Counted from the stretch's first letter, positions 24,170 to 36,950 are shown. The stretch: 64,000 bases of DNA from Eledone cirrhosa (GCA_964016885.1 OZ024743.1:284890001-284954000), one strand, 5' to 3'. Made by a program: numbers and translations. Notes: generated from the letters alone by a model not told the origin.

Positions 24170-25887
24170 TAAGAGGCTTGGAAATGTTACTATGGGGGAC
24201 TAATAAATGTAGAGAATAAATGGGAGGAAGCGAAACTACCCCCAGCCTACCCAACAGAAGAGCCAGCCATTGAAGTTGACAGGATTAAAGAAACAATCAA
24301 AGAGATAGTTGCTGAGATGCTAAAAGCATCGGGAGAAGCAGGAGTCAAACAAGTAACCCGCATATTCATTTAGATTATACAGGATGGTATAATCTGCAGC
24401 AGTACAATCATAAATTGCTACAAGGTGCAACTATAGAGGAATAAAACTTATGGACCAAGTTATGGAAGTAATGGAAAGAGTTATATCACAACTATTTAGA
24501 GAAATAGTTAAATTAGAGGAGATGCCATTTTAGTTTCTTGCCTGGGAAAAGTACTATAGAAGCCCTCTTTTTAGTGAGACAACTGCAAGAGAAGTTCCTT
24601 GCCAAAAATAAGCCACTATACTTAGCTTTCATTGATCTAGAAAAGGCCTTTGACAGAATACTTCGATCTATTATCTGGTGGTCCTTAAGGTGTAAAAGAA
24701 TAGTTGGTGAAAGCAGTGCAAACCATGTACAGAGGAACTATCACCAAAGTGAGAGTAAGAAGTGAGTTTAGTGAGGAATTCAAGCTACAGGTAGAAATTC
24801 ATCAGGGTTTGGTTCTTAGCTTACTACTATTCATTATAGTTTTCCAGGCTATAATAGAGTAGTTTAAGACCGACTGCCCATGGAAACTTTCTATGCAGAT
24901 AATCTGGTCCTTATAGCCAAATTCATTAAAGAACTAGAAAATAAGTTCTGGCTATGGAAACAGAATTTCGAATCAAAAGGTCTGAGAGTAAATTTAGCTG
25001 ATACCAAAGTGCTAGTGCATAGGAGAGAAGATAGGATTCTGATTCCTTCAGGGAAGTGGCCCTGCTCAGTATGTAGACAAGGAGTAGGCATAAATTCCAT
25101 TTGATGTACACAATGTAAATCTTACACAAGAAATGTAGTGGGATAATGAGTAGACTAACAGGAAAGGAAGACTTTGTATGTGGAAGATGCACAGGAGTAA
25201 CCAAGGGGAAGAGAGCCAGTGATGTAAACCTTTTCCAGTCACAGGAAGGACCCATAGAAGTGGTTGATAGCCTCTGCTATTTAGGTGACATAATTAGCAA
25301 CAGAGGAGGGTGCTCTGAGAGCATAATAGCTAGAATAAGGATAAGATGGAAAAGGTTTAGAGAGCTACTCCCTACAAAACAAAAGGATGACTGTATGATG
25401 TCTGCGTGCAAAGTGTGATGCTGCATGGTAGTGAAACATAGGCTGTGGCTGTAGAGGACATGCATAGCGGCTGGAGAGAAATGAAGCAACCATGTACTGT
25501 TGGATATGCAATATAAGTGTGAGAGAATGGCAAAGCTTGGACAAGGTGAAGGAGAAGCTGAATTTAAGAGGAATCCAAGTGGTGTGCAGGAGAGAAGACT
25601 GCATTGGTATGGACTTGTGATGCACATGGACAGTGATCGCTGGGTGAAGAAGTGCCAGGAAATAGCAGTAGAAGGAAGCCATAGTAAAAGTAGACCAAAA
25701 AAGATATGGGCACAGGTTGTGAAAGGTGACCTCAAATCACTGAAACTCACAGAGGAGATAGATGGCAAAGAAACATGAGTGGAATGATGTCATACTGAGA
25801 AGGACCCATCCAACACAAACAAGCATGGACAAATGAACGTAAAGAAACAAAATGCATTTACAAGGATGGAAAAGCAGGCGTAAAAAT

Positions 25888-25892
<5 letters not shown>
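24170..25892 (+). pseudogene. Decayed 5'-truncated RTE LINE (RT plus PHD-like finger), between (TA)n tracts
   Basis: Fragments PGKST.EALFLVRQLQEK, FIDLEKAFDR, YADNL, WPCSVCRQGVGINSI, FVCGRC and ERRLHWYG are collinear with 28597-30207, with many stops and frameshifts. Confidence 0.9.
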
Positions 25893-25956
<64 letters not shown>

Positions 25957-25959
<3 letters not shown>

Positions 25960-26151
25960 GTGGAACACTGGAAGGTAATATCCGTAGTGGTAGAGCACTC
26001 AGTCCATGGGACGAGTTAGGTAGAAGTGGTTACACAACAGTTAGTTGACCATACCGAGAACAATTGTTTCACCTTAGCGGATCCTCAGCTGAGGATCCGC
26101 TAAGGTGAAACAATTGTTCTCGGTATGGTCAACTAACTGTTGTCTAACCAC

Positions 26152-26156
<5 letters not shown>
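25957..26156. mobile_element. Fold-back element: 136-bp near-perfect palindrome plus 64-bp tail, in (TA)n
   Basis: 26021-26156 is self-complementary around CAG|CTG with one mismatch; each arm reads CTGAGGA TCC-GCTAA-GGT GAAAC AATT GTT (hammerhead core). Confidence 0.85.
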
Positions 26157-26200
<44 letters not shown>

Positions 26201-26203
<3 letters not shown>

Positions 26204-26595
26204 TCATTTCATCATCATTTCATTTTACGTCCGCTTTTCCCTGCTTGCAAGGGTGGGACGGGAACTGATTCTGGCTTGATTTCTACAGCTGGATGCCCTT
26301 CCTAACACCAACCTCATTTACAGTGAGTGCTGGGTGCTTTTTTTGCCGTGGCGCCTACACGTCCACTTTACAGTGTGGGCTGGGTGCTTTTTTGCCATGG
26401 CACCCCCACGACCACTCTACAGTGGAATGATATGGACCCCAGTCCCTATCATCTCATTTCTACAGCTGAGTAAACTGGAGCAATGTGAAATAAAGTGCCT
26501 TGCTCAAGGAAACAACACATCACCCAGTCTGAGAATTGAACTCACAACCTTTCGATTGCAAGGCCAATGCTCTAACCACTAAGCCATGTGCCTCC
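26201..26595 (-). mobile_element. Full-length tRNA/CORE SINE with RTE-derived 3' tail
   Basis: Minus strand: GGAGGCACATGGCTTAGTGGTTAGAGC (box A), GAGTTCAATTC (box B), CORE-like CCTTGAGCAAGGCACTT...CTCCAGTTTACTCAGCTGTAGAAATGAG, then the RTE 3' UTR and a (GAT)n-like tail. Confidence 0.85.
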
Positions 26596-26598
26596 ATT

Positions 26599-27003
26599 AT
26601 ATGTAGAAAAGGTAACACACTAGAGAGAGATATACAGTGTGCTATCAATAAAAGAGGGAAAAAACCACCAGTGTATGGAATCTATAACCTATGAAAGGCA
26701 GACTATAGACACCATAATTAAAAATATAAATTAAAGCATAAATAACTATATATAGTTATAGAGGTATTTATTTATGCTTTAATTTATATTTTTAATTATG
26801 GTGTCTATAGTCTGCCTTTCATAGGTTATAGATTCCATACACTGGTGGTTTTTTCTCTGTTTTATTGATAGCGCACTGTATATCTCTCTCTAGTGTGTTA
26901 CCTTTTCAACATATTGTATTTTAAAGAGCTCAGGATATTTTCTCCTTTGAGCACATTATTTACAGGGAATGGCGAGGCTCTCTGTCTCCGTTAATTTATT
27001 GTG
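26599..27003. mobile_element. Fold-back element: about 147-bp inverted arms plus about 90-bp tail
   Basis: 26599-26745 is the reverse complement of 26768-26913; the tail contains TTGAGCAC; ends in (TA)n. Confidence 0.8.
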
Positions 27004-27017
27004 ATATATATATGTAT

Positions 27018-27200
27018 ATATACAATATATTAACAAATGGAAACTATATTTATAAAACCATATTTAAATATGGTTTTATAAATATAGTTTCCATTTGTTA
27101 ATATATTGTATATTTACTCCACTAATTTGTTGAGTGCTTTATATCAGTTATAAAAATGTTTAAGCTTGTTGAATCCCAACAAATTAAATATAACCTCTGC
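27018..27200. mobile_element. Fold-back element: 96-bp perfect palindrome plus about 87-bp tail, in (TA)n
   Basis: 27018-27113 is self-complementary around ATTT|AAAT; the tail contains TTGAGTGC. Confidence 0.8.
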
Positions 27201-27221
27201 ATATATGTGTATATATATATA

Positions 27222-27858
27222 TGTGGAAGACTTGCGTAGATTAGAAAGAAACGAAGCCTGCATGCTCCGATGGATGTGTAATAGTAATATACGCGAACGG
27301 CAAAGCATAAATTAATTGAGAGAGAGACTGAGCATAAGAGGAATCAAATGCCGTGTGCAGGAGAGGCGGTTGCGCTGGTATGGACATGTGATGCGTATGA
27401 AGGATGACAGCTGCATAAAAAGGTGCAGAGCACTAGAAGTTGATGGAAACGAGGAGTGGGGAGACCCAAGAAGACATGGGATGAGGTGATAAAAGCCGAC
27501 TTTACCCAATTACACCTCTCAAAGGCGATGATACATGACCGTGACCTCTGGCATCACACAGTAATACAGAAGACCCGACCCCCCACGGGTACAAGCCAAA
27601 GCTGAAGCATATAAACAATATGCCCCACACCCTCCCACTGCAAAGTGGTCATGGAGGTGCCACGGCAAAAAAGCACCCAGCCCTCACAGTAAATGAGGTT
27701 GGTGTTAGGAAGGGCATCAAGCTGTAGAAATCAAGCCAGAATCAGTTCCCGTATGAGCAAGGCATGGTCAGCCGACTGGACACTGCCCACAACAGGACAA
27801 CCCGTCTAACCCATGCTAGCGTGGAAGAACGGACATAAAATGGTGATGATGATGATGA
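27222..27858 (+). mobile_element. 5'-truncated RTE LINE (C-terminal ORF, 3' UTR, (GAT)n tail)
   Basis: Reads VEDLRRLERNEACMLRWMCNSNIRERQSIN...RRLRWYGHVMRMKDDSCIKRC; ends GGACATAAAATGGTGATGATGATGATGA before (TA)n. Confidence 0.9.
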
Positions 27859-28065
27859 TATATATGTATATATATATTGTCATACCTATACATATATATA
27901 TATATAAGCATGTATAAGCATATATATATATATATATATATACATGCTTATATATATGCATATATATATATATATATACATATATATACATATATATACA
28001 TATATATATACATGCTTACATATATAAACATGTATATATATATATATATATACATGCTTATATAT

Positions 28066-31000
28066 CATCATCATCATCATCATCATCGTTTAACGTCCAT
28101 GTTCCACGCTTGCATGGGTTTGGACAGGAGTTTTCCCACTTGAGGCAAGAGTGGTTGTCTTGCTCGCATAGGACTGTCTGGCGGGTTTTCTACAGCTGGA
28201 TGCCCTTCCTAACACCAACTACATTTACAGTGTGGGACTGGGAGGTTTTTACCGTGTTGCCTACACAGCCACATTACAGCGTGGACTGTGTGTTTTTTTG
28301 TCGTGAGACCTACATGATCTCATTTGTTTCGGCCTGGATGTTGTGGTACCAACATAACTTTACATTGAAAGGGGCGGTGTGGATGGGGTGGGGGTGGTGG
28401 GACGGGGGTGTGTTTTGTTAGAGATGCCTACTGACTGTAGTAGGTTTTACTTTGTATTCCGGTAAGGCGGGTCTTCTCTATTACTGAGTACCGCCAAAGA
28501 TCTCGGTCCAGTGACATTGTCTTGGAGAGGTGTAAGTGTGTGAGGTCGGAATTTATCAGGTCGTCCCAGGGTTTTCTGGGTCTGCCTACTCCGTGGCTAC
28601 CGTCTATCTTTATTGCCCTGCAATTTTTTTATACAGCTGTCGTCTTTCATGCGCATCACGTGACCATACCAACGTAGCCTTCTCTCGACTAAACCACATC
28701 TGATCCCTCTTATTTCTAATTTTTCCCTTAATTCGTTTATGCTTTGCCGTTCGCGTATATTACTATTACACATCCAGCGGAGCAAGCATGCTTCCTTCCT
28801 CTCTAGTCTGAGTATATCCTCGGCACACAATGCCCAGGTCTCACTGCCATGTAACATTGCTGTTCGTATGCAGGCATCATACAGCCTGCCTTTCATTTTT
28901 AGGGAGAACCCTTTAGCGGCTAATAGTGGTATAAGCTCTCTGAACTTTTTCCATCCAGTTCTGACTCTAGCTACTGTACTTTCAGAGCACACTCCCCCAC
29001 TGCTGATTTTGTTACCCAGGTAACGGAAGCTGTCCACTATTTCTATAGAATCCTCTGCGCAATTGAAAGAGCTAGTATTTTGTGGGCAATTGCTGCTACT
29101 TATTGCACCAGAGCACCGGCCACATGTAAAATCTATGTTCTTAGTTAGCTTACCTGTGATCCCACTACATCTTTTATGCACCCATACTTTGCATTTGGGA
29201 CATAAAATGGAGTTTCTACCTACGCCTTTCCTACACACTGAGCATGGCCATTTCCCGGAAGGGACCGGCGCCTTATTTTCTCTCCTACAAACTAGAACTT
29301 TAGTCTTAGCCAGGTTAATTTTAAGGCCTTTTGATTCTAGGCCGTGCTTCCATGTTTGGAATTTCTTCTCTAGCTCGGCCATTGATTCAGCTATGAGCGT
29401 TAGATCATCTGCGTATAGGAGTTCCCATGGGCAGCCGGTCTTGAACTCCACTGTTATAGCCTGTAGGGCAATAATAAATAGTAGGGGGCTAAGAACAGAG
29501 CCCTGATGAACACCAACTTTTACACTAAACTCTTCACTATATTCGGTGTTAATTCTAACCTTGCTGACTGTTTCTTTATACATGGCTTGTATAGCTCTCA
29601 CAAGCCATTCATCAACACCTAGTTTTCTAAGAGCCCACCAGATAATGGAACAGGGGACTCTGTCGAAGGCTTTCTCCAAGTCGACAAAAGCTAAGTATAG
29701 GGGTTTACTTTTAGCTAGGTACTTCTCCTGTAGTTGTCGTACAATGAAAAGAGCGTCTGTGGTACTTTTGCCTGACACAAACCCGAACTGCCTTTCATCT
29801 AGATCAATTCTCTCTCTGATTAGTTGCACTATTATTTTTTCCGTGACCTTCATGACCTGGTCGATTAATTTAATGCCTCTATAGTTACTCCTATCTAGGG
29901 AGTCCCCTTTACCCTTGTAACAGTTAATGATGATGCTGCTACGCCAGTCCTTCGGAACAACCCCATTCAGTATGACTTGGTTTACTATCCGGGTGACCAT
30001 GGTGTGTCCCACCGTTCCAGAGGCTTTCAGCATCTCAGCAACTATTTCCGAAGGCCCAGCCGCCTTACCCGTCTTCATATCTTTGATTGCTTTACTTATT
30101 ATACTACCTTCAACTAACACTGCTGGTCCCTCTATTGGATCGATCTGGGGGAGACTATCCTTCTCCCATTTATTCTCCTCATTTAGTAGCCTTTCGTAGT
30201 GACACATTCAAGCTACCTTCTTATCAGCGTCAGTGATGGCAAGTACGCCATCATCATTTAGTACACACTTCTCCCCGACAATATGACGGTTTTCCTTGAC
30301 ACATTGCCTAGCAATCCTGAACACCTCACGTTTTTGGTCCTTGCGTTGTAGAACATGCTTGAACTTTCTTTCCTCTGCTTCCCTTCTTGCGAAGTACACT
30401 TGTCTCCTAGCTTCCCTCCTGGCCACTTGATAGTCTTCTCTACTTCCCCCATCCCGCCATACTTTCCAAGCCTGCTTTTTGGCCTTAATCGACTCCTCCA
30501 CCTTACTGTTCCACCACCATGTTACTCTCCTCCTGCCTATAGGCCTGCTCCGGCCACAGACTTCGTCTGCCGCCATCAGCAGGTTTGCTTTCAGGAATTC
30601 CCACTGTTCCTCTATATTGTACGACTCTAAATGCTCTTCCTTACTGTCGAAAGCATCAAGTAATATGCTTTGAAATTTATTTCTGGCTGTGGGGTCCTTT
30701 AGCTTCCATATTTTTCTCCTGAGGATAATCCTCTTCTGCTGTCGGGTACGTCTCGTCCTGACTATGAGGTCGCTAATTATCAGTCTATGTTGGGGGGTGC
30801 ATTCTTCATGGGGGAGCGATTTAGTGTTTACAACAGACACTCTGTCACGTCTTCTGGTAAGGATATAATCTACCTGGCTGGTATATTCCCCTGATCTGTA
30901 GGTGATCAGGTGATTGTCTCGTTTTTTGAAGTTAGTGTTACAGATTGTTAGGTTATTTGCATCACAGAATTCCAGGATTCTGGAGCCTTCCTCATTTCTA

Positions 31001-32136
31001 GTACCAAACCCATAGCCTCCGTGGATTCCATCATAGCTGTCACAATGTTGTCCAACGTGACCATTTAGGTCGCCAGCAATAATTATATAGTCACTGTCGG
31101 TTATTTGGGAGGTAGTGAGCATCAGTGTCTCATAGAAAGTGTCTTTTATAGCGCCAGGCAGTCCGGATTGGGGCGCGTACGCAGATATTATCGTCACAGT
31201 AGTTCTATTTAGAACAAGTCTTATTTTAATTATTCTGTCGTTTACTCTATTTACGTCTATTATCTTATCCACCCATTTTTCTGCTAACATGATTCCTACC
31301 CCACCCAGCCCATTGTTATTTCCCACCCAGAAAAGCTTATAGCATCGTTTTTTACCCACAATGAATCTAGCAGACCCGCCCCTCCACCTGCTCTCTTGGA
31401 TACAGCAGACATCAACCTCCTTACGTTCAAGCATTTCTACAACCTCGTTAGAGCGGCCTTTTAAGGTCCCTACATTCATGGTACCAACTCTGAAGTTTTG
31501 GATTGCGTTTGGTGGGTGGGGTGCAGGGAGGGGTGAGGGGGTTGGGGTTATGTTGGCCATCCGCAGCCGCAACAAAGAGGGTGGGGCCTTGCCCTTTCGT
31601 CCAGCAGCATGAGGTGAATTTGTCGTTATCTTTTGCATTGTCTTTGGGTGTCCAGATTCTTCTGACTCTCCAGAAATTCCCTAGTTCATCCATCATATCG
31701 AAAAGCAAACCAGAAGTGCTAGCATAGGTCGTTTACTTGTGATTGGTCCAAATAATAAGGTGGAGAGTGGGGGCGGGAGAGTGGGGCAGGAGGGAGGGGT
31801 ATGGGGTAGTTTGTGAGGAGCAGACTTAATTTTTTTTTTTAGAATAACAGTGAGACAGAATTATAGAAAGACAATTATGAATACGATTTTTTGATTCTGG
31901 GGGATTGTAAGATATATAGATGAATGAACCAAATGTGGAGAGTTGAGAAGAAAATGAGATATGTACGTTACATTTCTTAGAAGTAGACTGAACGAGCGAC
32001 CATCAATAATAGTTGACAAATTCTGAGTTTAGTCCCCCCGTAACAAGACTTATTTATATTTGGTTGGCAGGGAGTGAGGGGGAGTGAGAGAGCGGCGTAT
32101 ATGATAGTGAGGGTGAGAGGGTGAGAGGCGATTTCA
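28066..32136 (-). mobile_element. Near full-length RTE-clade LINE
   Basis: 5' UTR, APE-RT coding region, 3' UTR, (GAT)7 tail at 28066-28087; TA-rich flanks with an apparent long target duplication. Confidence 0.92.
28428..31638 (-). pseudogene. RTE polyprotein (AP endonuclease, RT, PHD-like finger) with one in-frame stop and one frameshift
   Basis: ORFs 30208-31638 (GTMNVGTL, IQESR, SAYAP, GDLNG, VDY, QH) and 28597-30207 (DLEKAFD, HQGSVLSP, YADD) abut in frame across a TGA at 30208-30210. A +1 shift near 28622 restores KKCRAIKIDG...GRPRKPW...DRDLWR to a TAG at 28428. Confidence 0.9.
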
Positions 32137-32159
32137 GCTTATATATTTATATGCATATA

Positions 32160-32204
<45 letters not shown>

Positions 32205-35200
32205 GCTTACATATATAAACATGTATATATGTATATGCATATATATATGTATAGGTGTAGGCACAACTATGGTTAAGAAGTTCACTTTGCAACTATGTAG
32301 TTTCAGGTTCTCTCCCACTGTGTGGCACCTTGGCTGACAAATGTCTTGTGAATGAAATTTGGTTAGTGGAAACTGTATGGAAGCCTATTGTATGTATGTG
32401 TGTGGCCCCATGTTAATGTTTGTTTGTGTGCTATAACTTATCAGTTCATGATGGTATATATGTAGCAGACAGTAAGAAGTTCTGGAGTTGATCTGATTTA
32501 TTAAATCCCTCAAAATGGTATTCCAATATGGCTGCTGTCCAATGACTAAAAAGCAATAAAATAATACATGCAAGCACATATATATAGACAATAATATATC
32601 ATATATTGCCCTTTCTATTCTATATATATAGTTTATGTATACATAGATACTCATATGTGCACCTCACTTTTAAACTTCATTATAGTCATTTCCCTGCATT
32701 CTTACACACACAGTTGCATACACACACACACACACACGCACACTTCTATGAAAACATTTGAACTAACATTTGTGATTGATGGCATGACATGTGAGCCATT
32801 AAAGAAACACATGTAATTGTGCTTAAGAGAGCTGGTGTGAAAACTAACTAATCTGTGTTTAACTTCACACTCTATGATATACTCATCACCAATGAACAAT
32901 TTACTTTTTCTAACTTATTCAGTTACCAGTTCTGAATAATATCAACTGATTCAATTTGTAATTATTCATTTTGTTTGTAGTGAAATGTGTGATTCTATAT
33001 GGCATATAGAAGTGAACTTGCAAAAGTGATAGTTACTGAATATTTACCTCAAAAGTCTCAAGTATGAATTCACTGGCCTTGTTTCATGTAGGTTTGAGAG
33101 GTACACTTAATTCTAAATTTTTTATGGATTGGTCAGTGGAGAAAGGGCAGGACCTATGACTCTTTCCAGGTTTGCAACTGTTGGAAAAAATTGTTCTCAG
33201 ACCTGATACCTGGCATAAATGCTTACAGCAGAATGGATTCCAGTTGCTGCAGCCTAGGGCCATGTGACAATATTAAACTGGAGGATGGATTGAGTCTATT
33301 ACCTAAAAACAGAAAGAGTTCTTCTGAAAAGTCCAAACTTCACTCACAATATATCGACATGAGGCTATAATAAATTATACATATTGAAGGTGCCTTGCAG
33401 TGATGATGAACTCAAAACAATGTTGCTGTTAATCAAACTTCTTAAAAGAACAGCCATGCCTGCTTAAATTTGCCTAGCTGTCCAGAATAATTACCAGACC
33501 ACCCCCACCAAATGTCATTTGAGATAGGTTGGCATCTTATTCGGAAGTTTATTAATCCATCATCCACTTCACACAAAGAAACCAGAGCTAAGCACTAGCT
33601 GTTAAAACCCCAACATAACTTAAAAGAAACTTACTTACAACATCACATTTCTGAAACAGAATCAGTGACTACAAAGAATCTAAAGCAACTGGAGAATAAC
33701 AGGAAAGTGAAAATAATCCATTGAATGTGAATGATAACTTATTAAAAAGGTAGAGTTCAAGAGAATAAAAAAAAAAAGTTTTCTTTTAATGTATTGGCTC
33801 TTGTGAACAAAGAATAACTATATTTTCCTTAAGCCAATAAGGGAGATTCTATGTTACTATGTTGTGAATTAACCTGCTAGAATTAGCAGGCTAATCTCCC
33901 TCAAATTCCACCATGCTATTTTACAAAAGGAAAGACATTAAATAACTGATAAGTCTGTTCAATCAAGATTGCCCTTGGACTAAACAGCAGCACTACTTTT
34001 TATCCTCAAGTTATAGAGTATAAACTCAATTAGTAAAAGTGATTTTGAAAAGTAGTTGAGTTTCAAACGTACTAGCAAATCTATGAAGAAAATATGATCA
34101 GAAATATAGGTTTTCAGCTATCCCTATTTAATATTTTATTTGTAATATCTTGTATAGAAATATATAATAAAATGGTATTACTGAGTAACCTTGGTCAGCC
34201 ATGCTTAAATAGACTTATGGTTGAGATGTAGTTGATCAAATGTCAGCTCATAAGTCTCAGGTGTGCCAAAATCTCTCTATTCTGGAACCTTATATAATCA
34301 TGTAAAAGCACAGAGTTGCATATCCCATTTATATGATTAAGCAGCTTATCTCTGTATATGTACAACTGAAGACTGATGTTAGCTACATCAGAGGCAGGTG
34401 ATATCTTGGTCAGCACTTGAAAGTTTTTCTTTGGGACTCACTTGAGATTCTTGGCAGACAAGCATTGAATTTGGATCTAATAATTGCCATGGCAAGAATA
34501 CTGATAGAATGATGTTGATCGTAATCATCATCATTATCATTGTCAAGATAGAAGAGATGATTTATGAAGATGATGTTGATGATAAAATATTTTTCCTATA
34601 AAGTAAAATTATTTCTTATTGCTTAATTTGATTTTGGGGATTGCTGAGTGTAATGCTTGTGTGAAAATCAATCTTCAGCAAGAAATTTGTGCCTGCAATA
34701 TGACAATAGTTTATGCCAGTGGTTTATTTATCATATTCAGAATATCTGAGGAAACAGAAATACTTATTAAAATCATTAATTAGTACAGATAACAGTTTTA
34801 TTTATGTTTTATTTTGTTGTTTGTGTGTGTTTTTTGTGCTATTACCATAAATGGATTTATTATGATTTACTTTGCTATTCCCTAATACTACTTAACTTCA
34901 ACAGTAATTAATAATTTACACTTTTTCTGAATCAGATGTCTAATTTCCAGGTGAGTGTGTAGTTGGTTAAGTTAGTTCTAATATATTACTGATACTTATT
35001 ACCATATTACCAACTTACAGGGGGAAAGAGTTCTCAAATAATGCAAAATGGAACATTAGTGTCATGAAATATTGTTAGATGCACCATAAAAATATTTTTT
35101 AAAACATACAAACTTAAATTCTAGATATAAAGTCTTGATAACTATGTATTGAATAAAGAAATATATAGATATAATTTTTTAATACAGTTTCTTACTTTAG

Positions 35201-35622
35201 TCATTAAGTGCACCAAAATAATTTTATTTGTTCTTGAGAGCACAGAAAGCAGAAAACAAAATGGAGGAACCACCGTCCTAGAAAGACAAAGGCCATTTTT
35301 TTAAACAAGAACAGTAAAGTGCTAAATTAAATGGTGCAACTTATCTAGACTAACTCTCTATTTTACCCATCACTTCACCATAATAATTATATATAACATT
35401 GGTACAGAGCTTGGTAATTTAGGTAAAAGGCTATAATTGACTTTCGGTTCTTGATTGGTGCAAATTTTATGAACTCTGGCAGATTTGAATTGAGAACATT
35501 AAGAGATGTTATGAAATAACTTCAGTAATATCAACACTACCTTGAATCTTACAGAAAGGAATATACTGTAGTATATCAACTCCAGGACATAATTAGAACT
35601 TATTTTATCATCTGTAGAAAGA

Positions 35623-35812
35623 TAATTGTTTCTACTTTTGACACCAGGCCAGCAATTACCCCAGTACATTACTGGTACTTTATTTTATCAACCCCGTAAG
35701 GATGAAAGGCAAAGTTAACCTCGGCAGGATTTGAACTCAGACTGGAAAGGGACGTAACTATGCTGGAAAGCATGGCGTCCGACCTCTACCGATACTGCCA
35801 ATTCACCGCCCT
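35623..35812 (-). mobile_element. SINE family A, full length
   Basis: Near-consensus copy; the head GGGCGGTGAATTGGCAGTATCGG is next to an AAT-rich tract. Confidence 0.85.
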
Positions 35813-35976
35813 AATGAGCATAATAATGATAATAATATATTAATGAAGCAAAAATTATATTTGAGTTGAATTAGAGGGAATAAGATAATCTTATAATAAT
35901 TTTAATTTATTGATATATATATATATATCGAGTGCTCTCACGGGTGAACCTGCAGTAACTCCTAGTTACACCCCCT

Positions 35977-36023
<47 letters not shown>

Positions 36024-36030
36024 TATATAA

Positions 36031-36157
36031 ACCAACCAAACAGTGAGTGTGTTCTGTTATTAATTCTGGCAATATTATTACAACAATATGACCCTCCCCA
36101 AGAATAACAATATTTGTTTCGACACACGATTTCATATCAAAAACCTCGCAAAACAAA
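36031..36157 (+). mobile_element. Solo terminal and tail fragment related to the 21.1-22.2 kb fold-back element, in (TA)n
   Basis: ATGACCCTCCCCAAGAATAACAATAT versus ATGACCCTCCCAAAGTATAACAATAT at 22220-22245. Confidence 0.55.
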
Positions 36158-36902
36158 TATATATATATATATCTATATATATATATATGCATATATATAT
36201 ATATACACATATATATGTGTGTGTGTGTGTGTTGTGTGTGTGTGTGTGTGTGTGTGTGTGTCTGTAACCAAAAAACTTCCTCTCATCCCACCTTCCCTAA
36301 ATATGACAAACTTCACACCAACTTTAACTGCGCCTTGCTGAAGCATCATACACCCTCATACAGAATATTTGAAGTCAATAAAAAACTCATTTATTCAAAG
36401 GTTTATACCAATTCAATTCTCATCAAAGTTGTTATGTTGGGATATTTCAATAATTTCTTAGTTTATCAGACATCACTTCATATCTCAGCTCTCCTTAGCC
36501 TTTTTGATATCAAACTGCTTGAAATTACCTCAAGTTCTACAATCCAAAACTGTTTGTTTTAAGATGTTTATGTATTTTTTTAAATATCCCATCATAATTT
36601 TCTGTAATGAACTTACTTATGTTATGTTCCAAACATCAATTTAATAATGAGAAAATCATTTATATTACTAAATCCATTGAAATTCTTGATTATTTTCAAA
36701 ATATTATTCTAAAATCATAGGTAGTGTCTTTTTATAAGAAACATGATAATGAAAGGCTTAATCACGTAGGAGTCACCATTCTATAGGGAATAATCATTGT
36801 TATATTAAATTAAATACACTAGAAAACTAAATATGTATTATTTGCAAGTCAAAAATAGTTTTCCCTTTTCATTCATATGCACATGTTGATATATACTTTA
36901 TG

Positions 36903-36904
<2 letters not shown>

Positions 36905-36950
<46 letters not shown>

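Noticed and set aside
26520-26595. Possible tRNA gene
   Set aside because: Box A and box B are present, but the sequence continues into CORE and a LINE tail with no proper acceptor stem; it is a SINE head.
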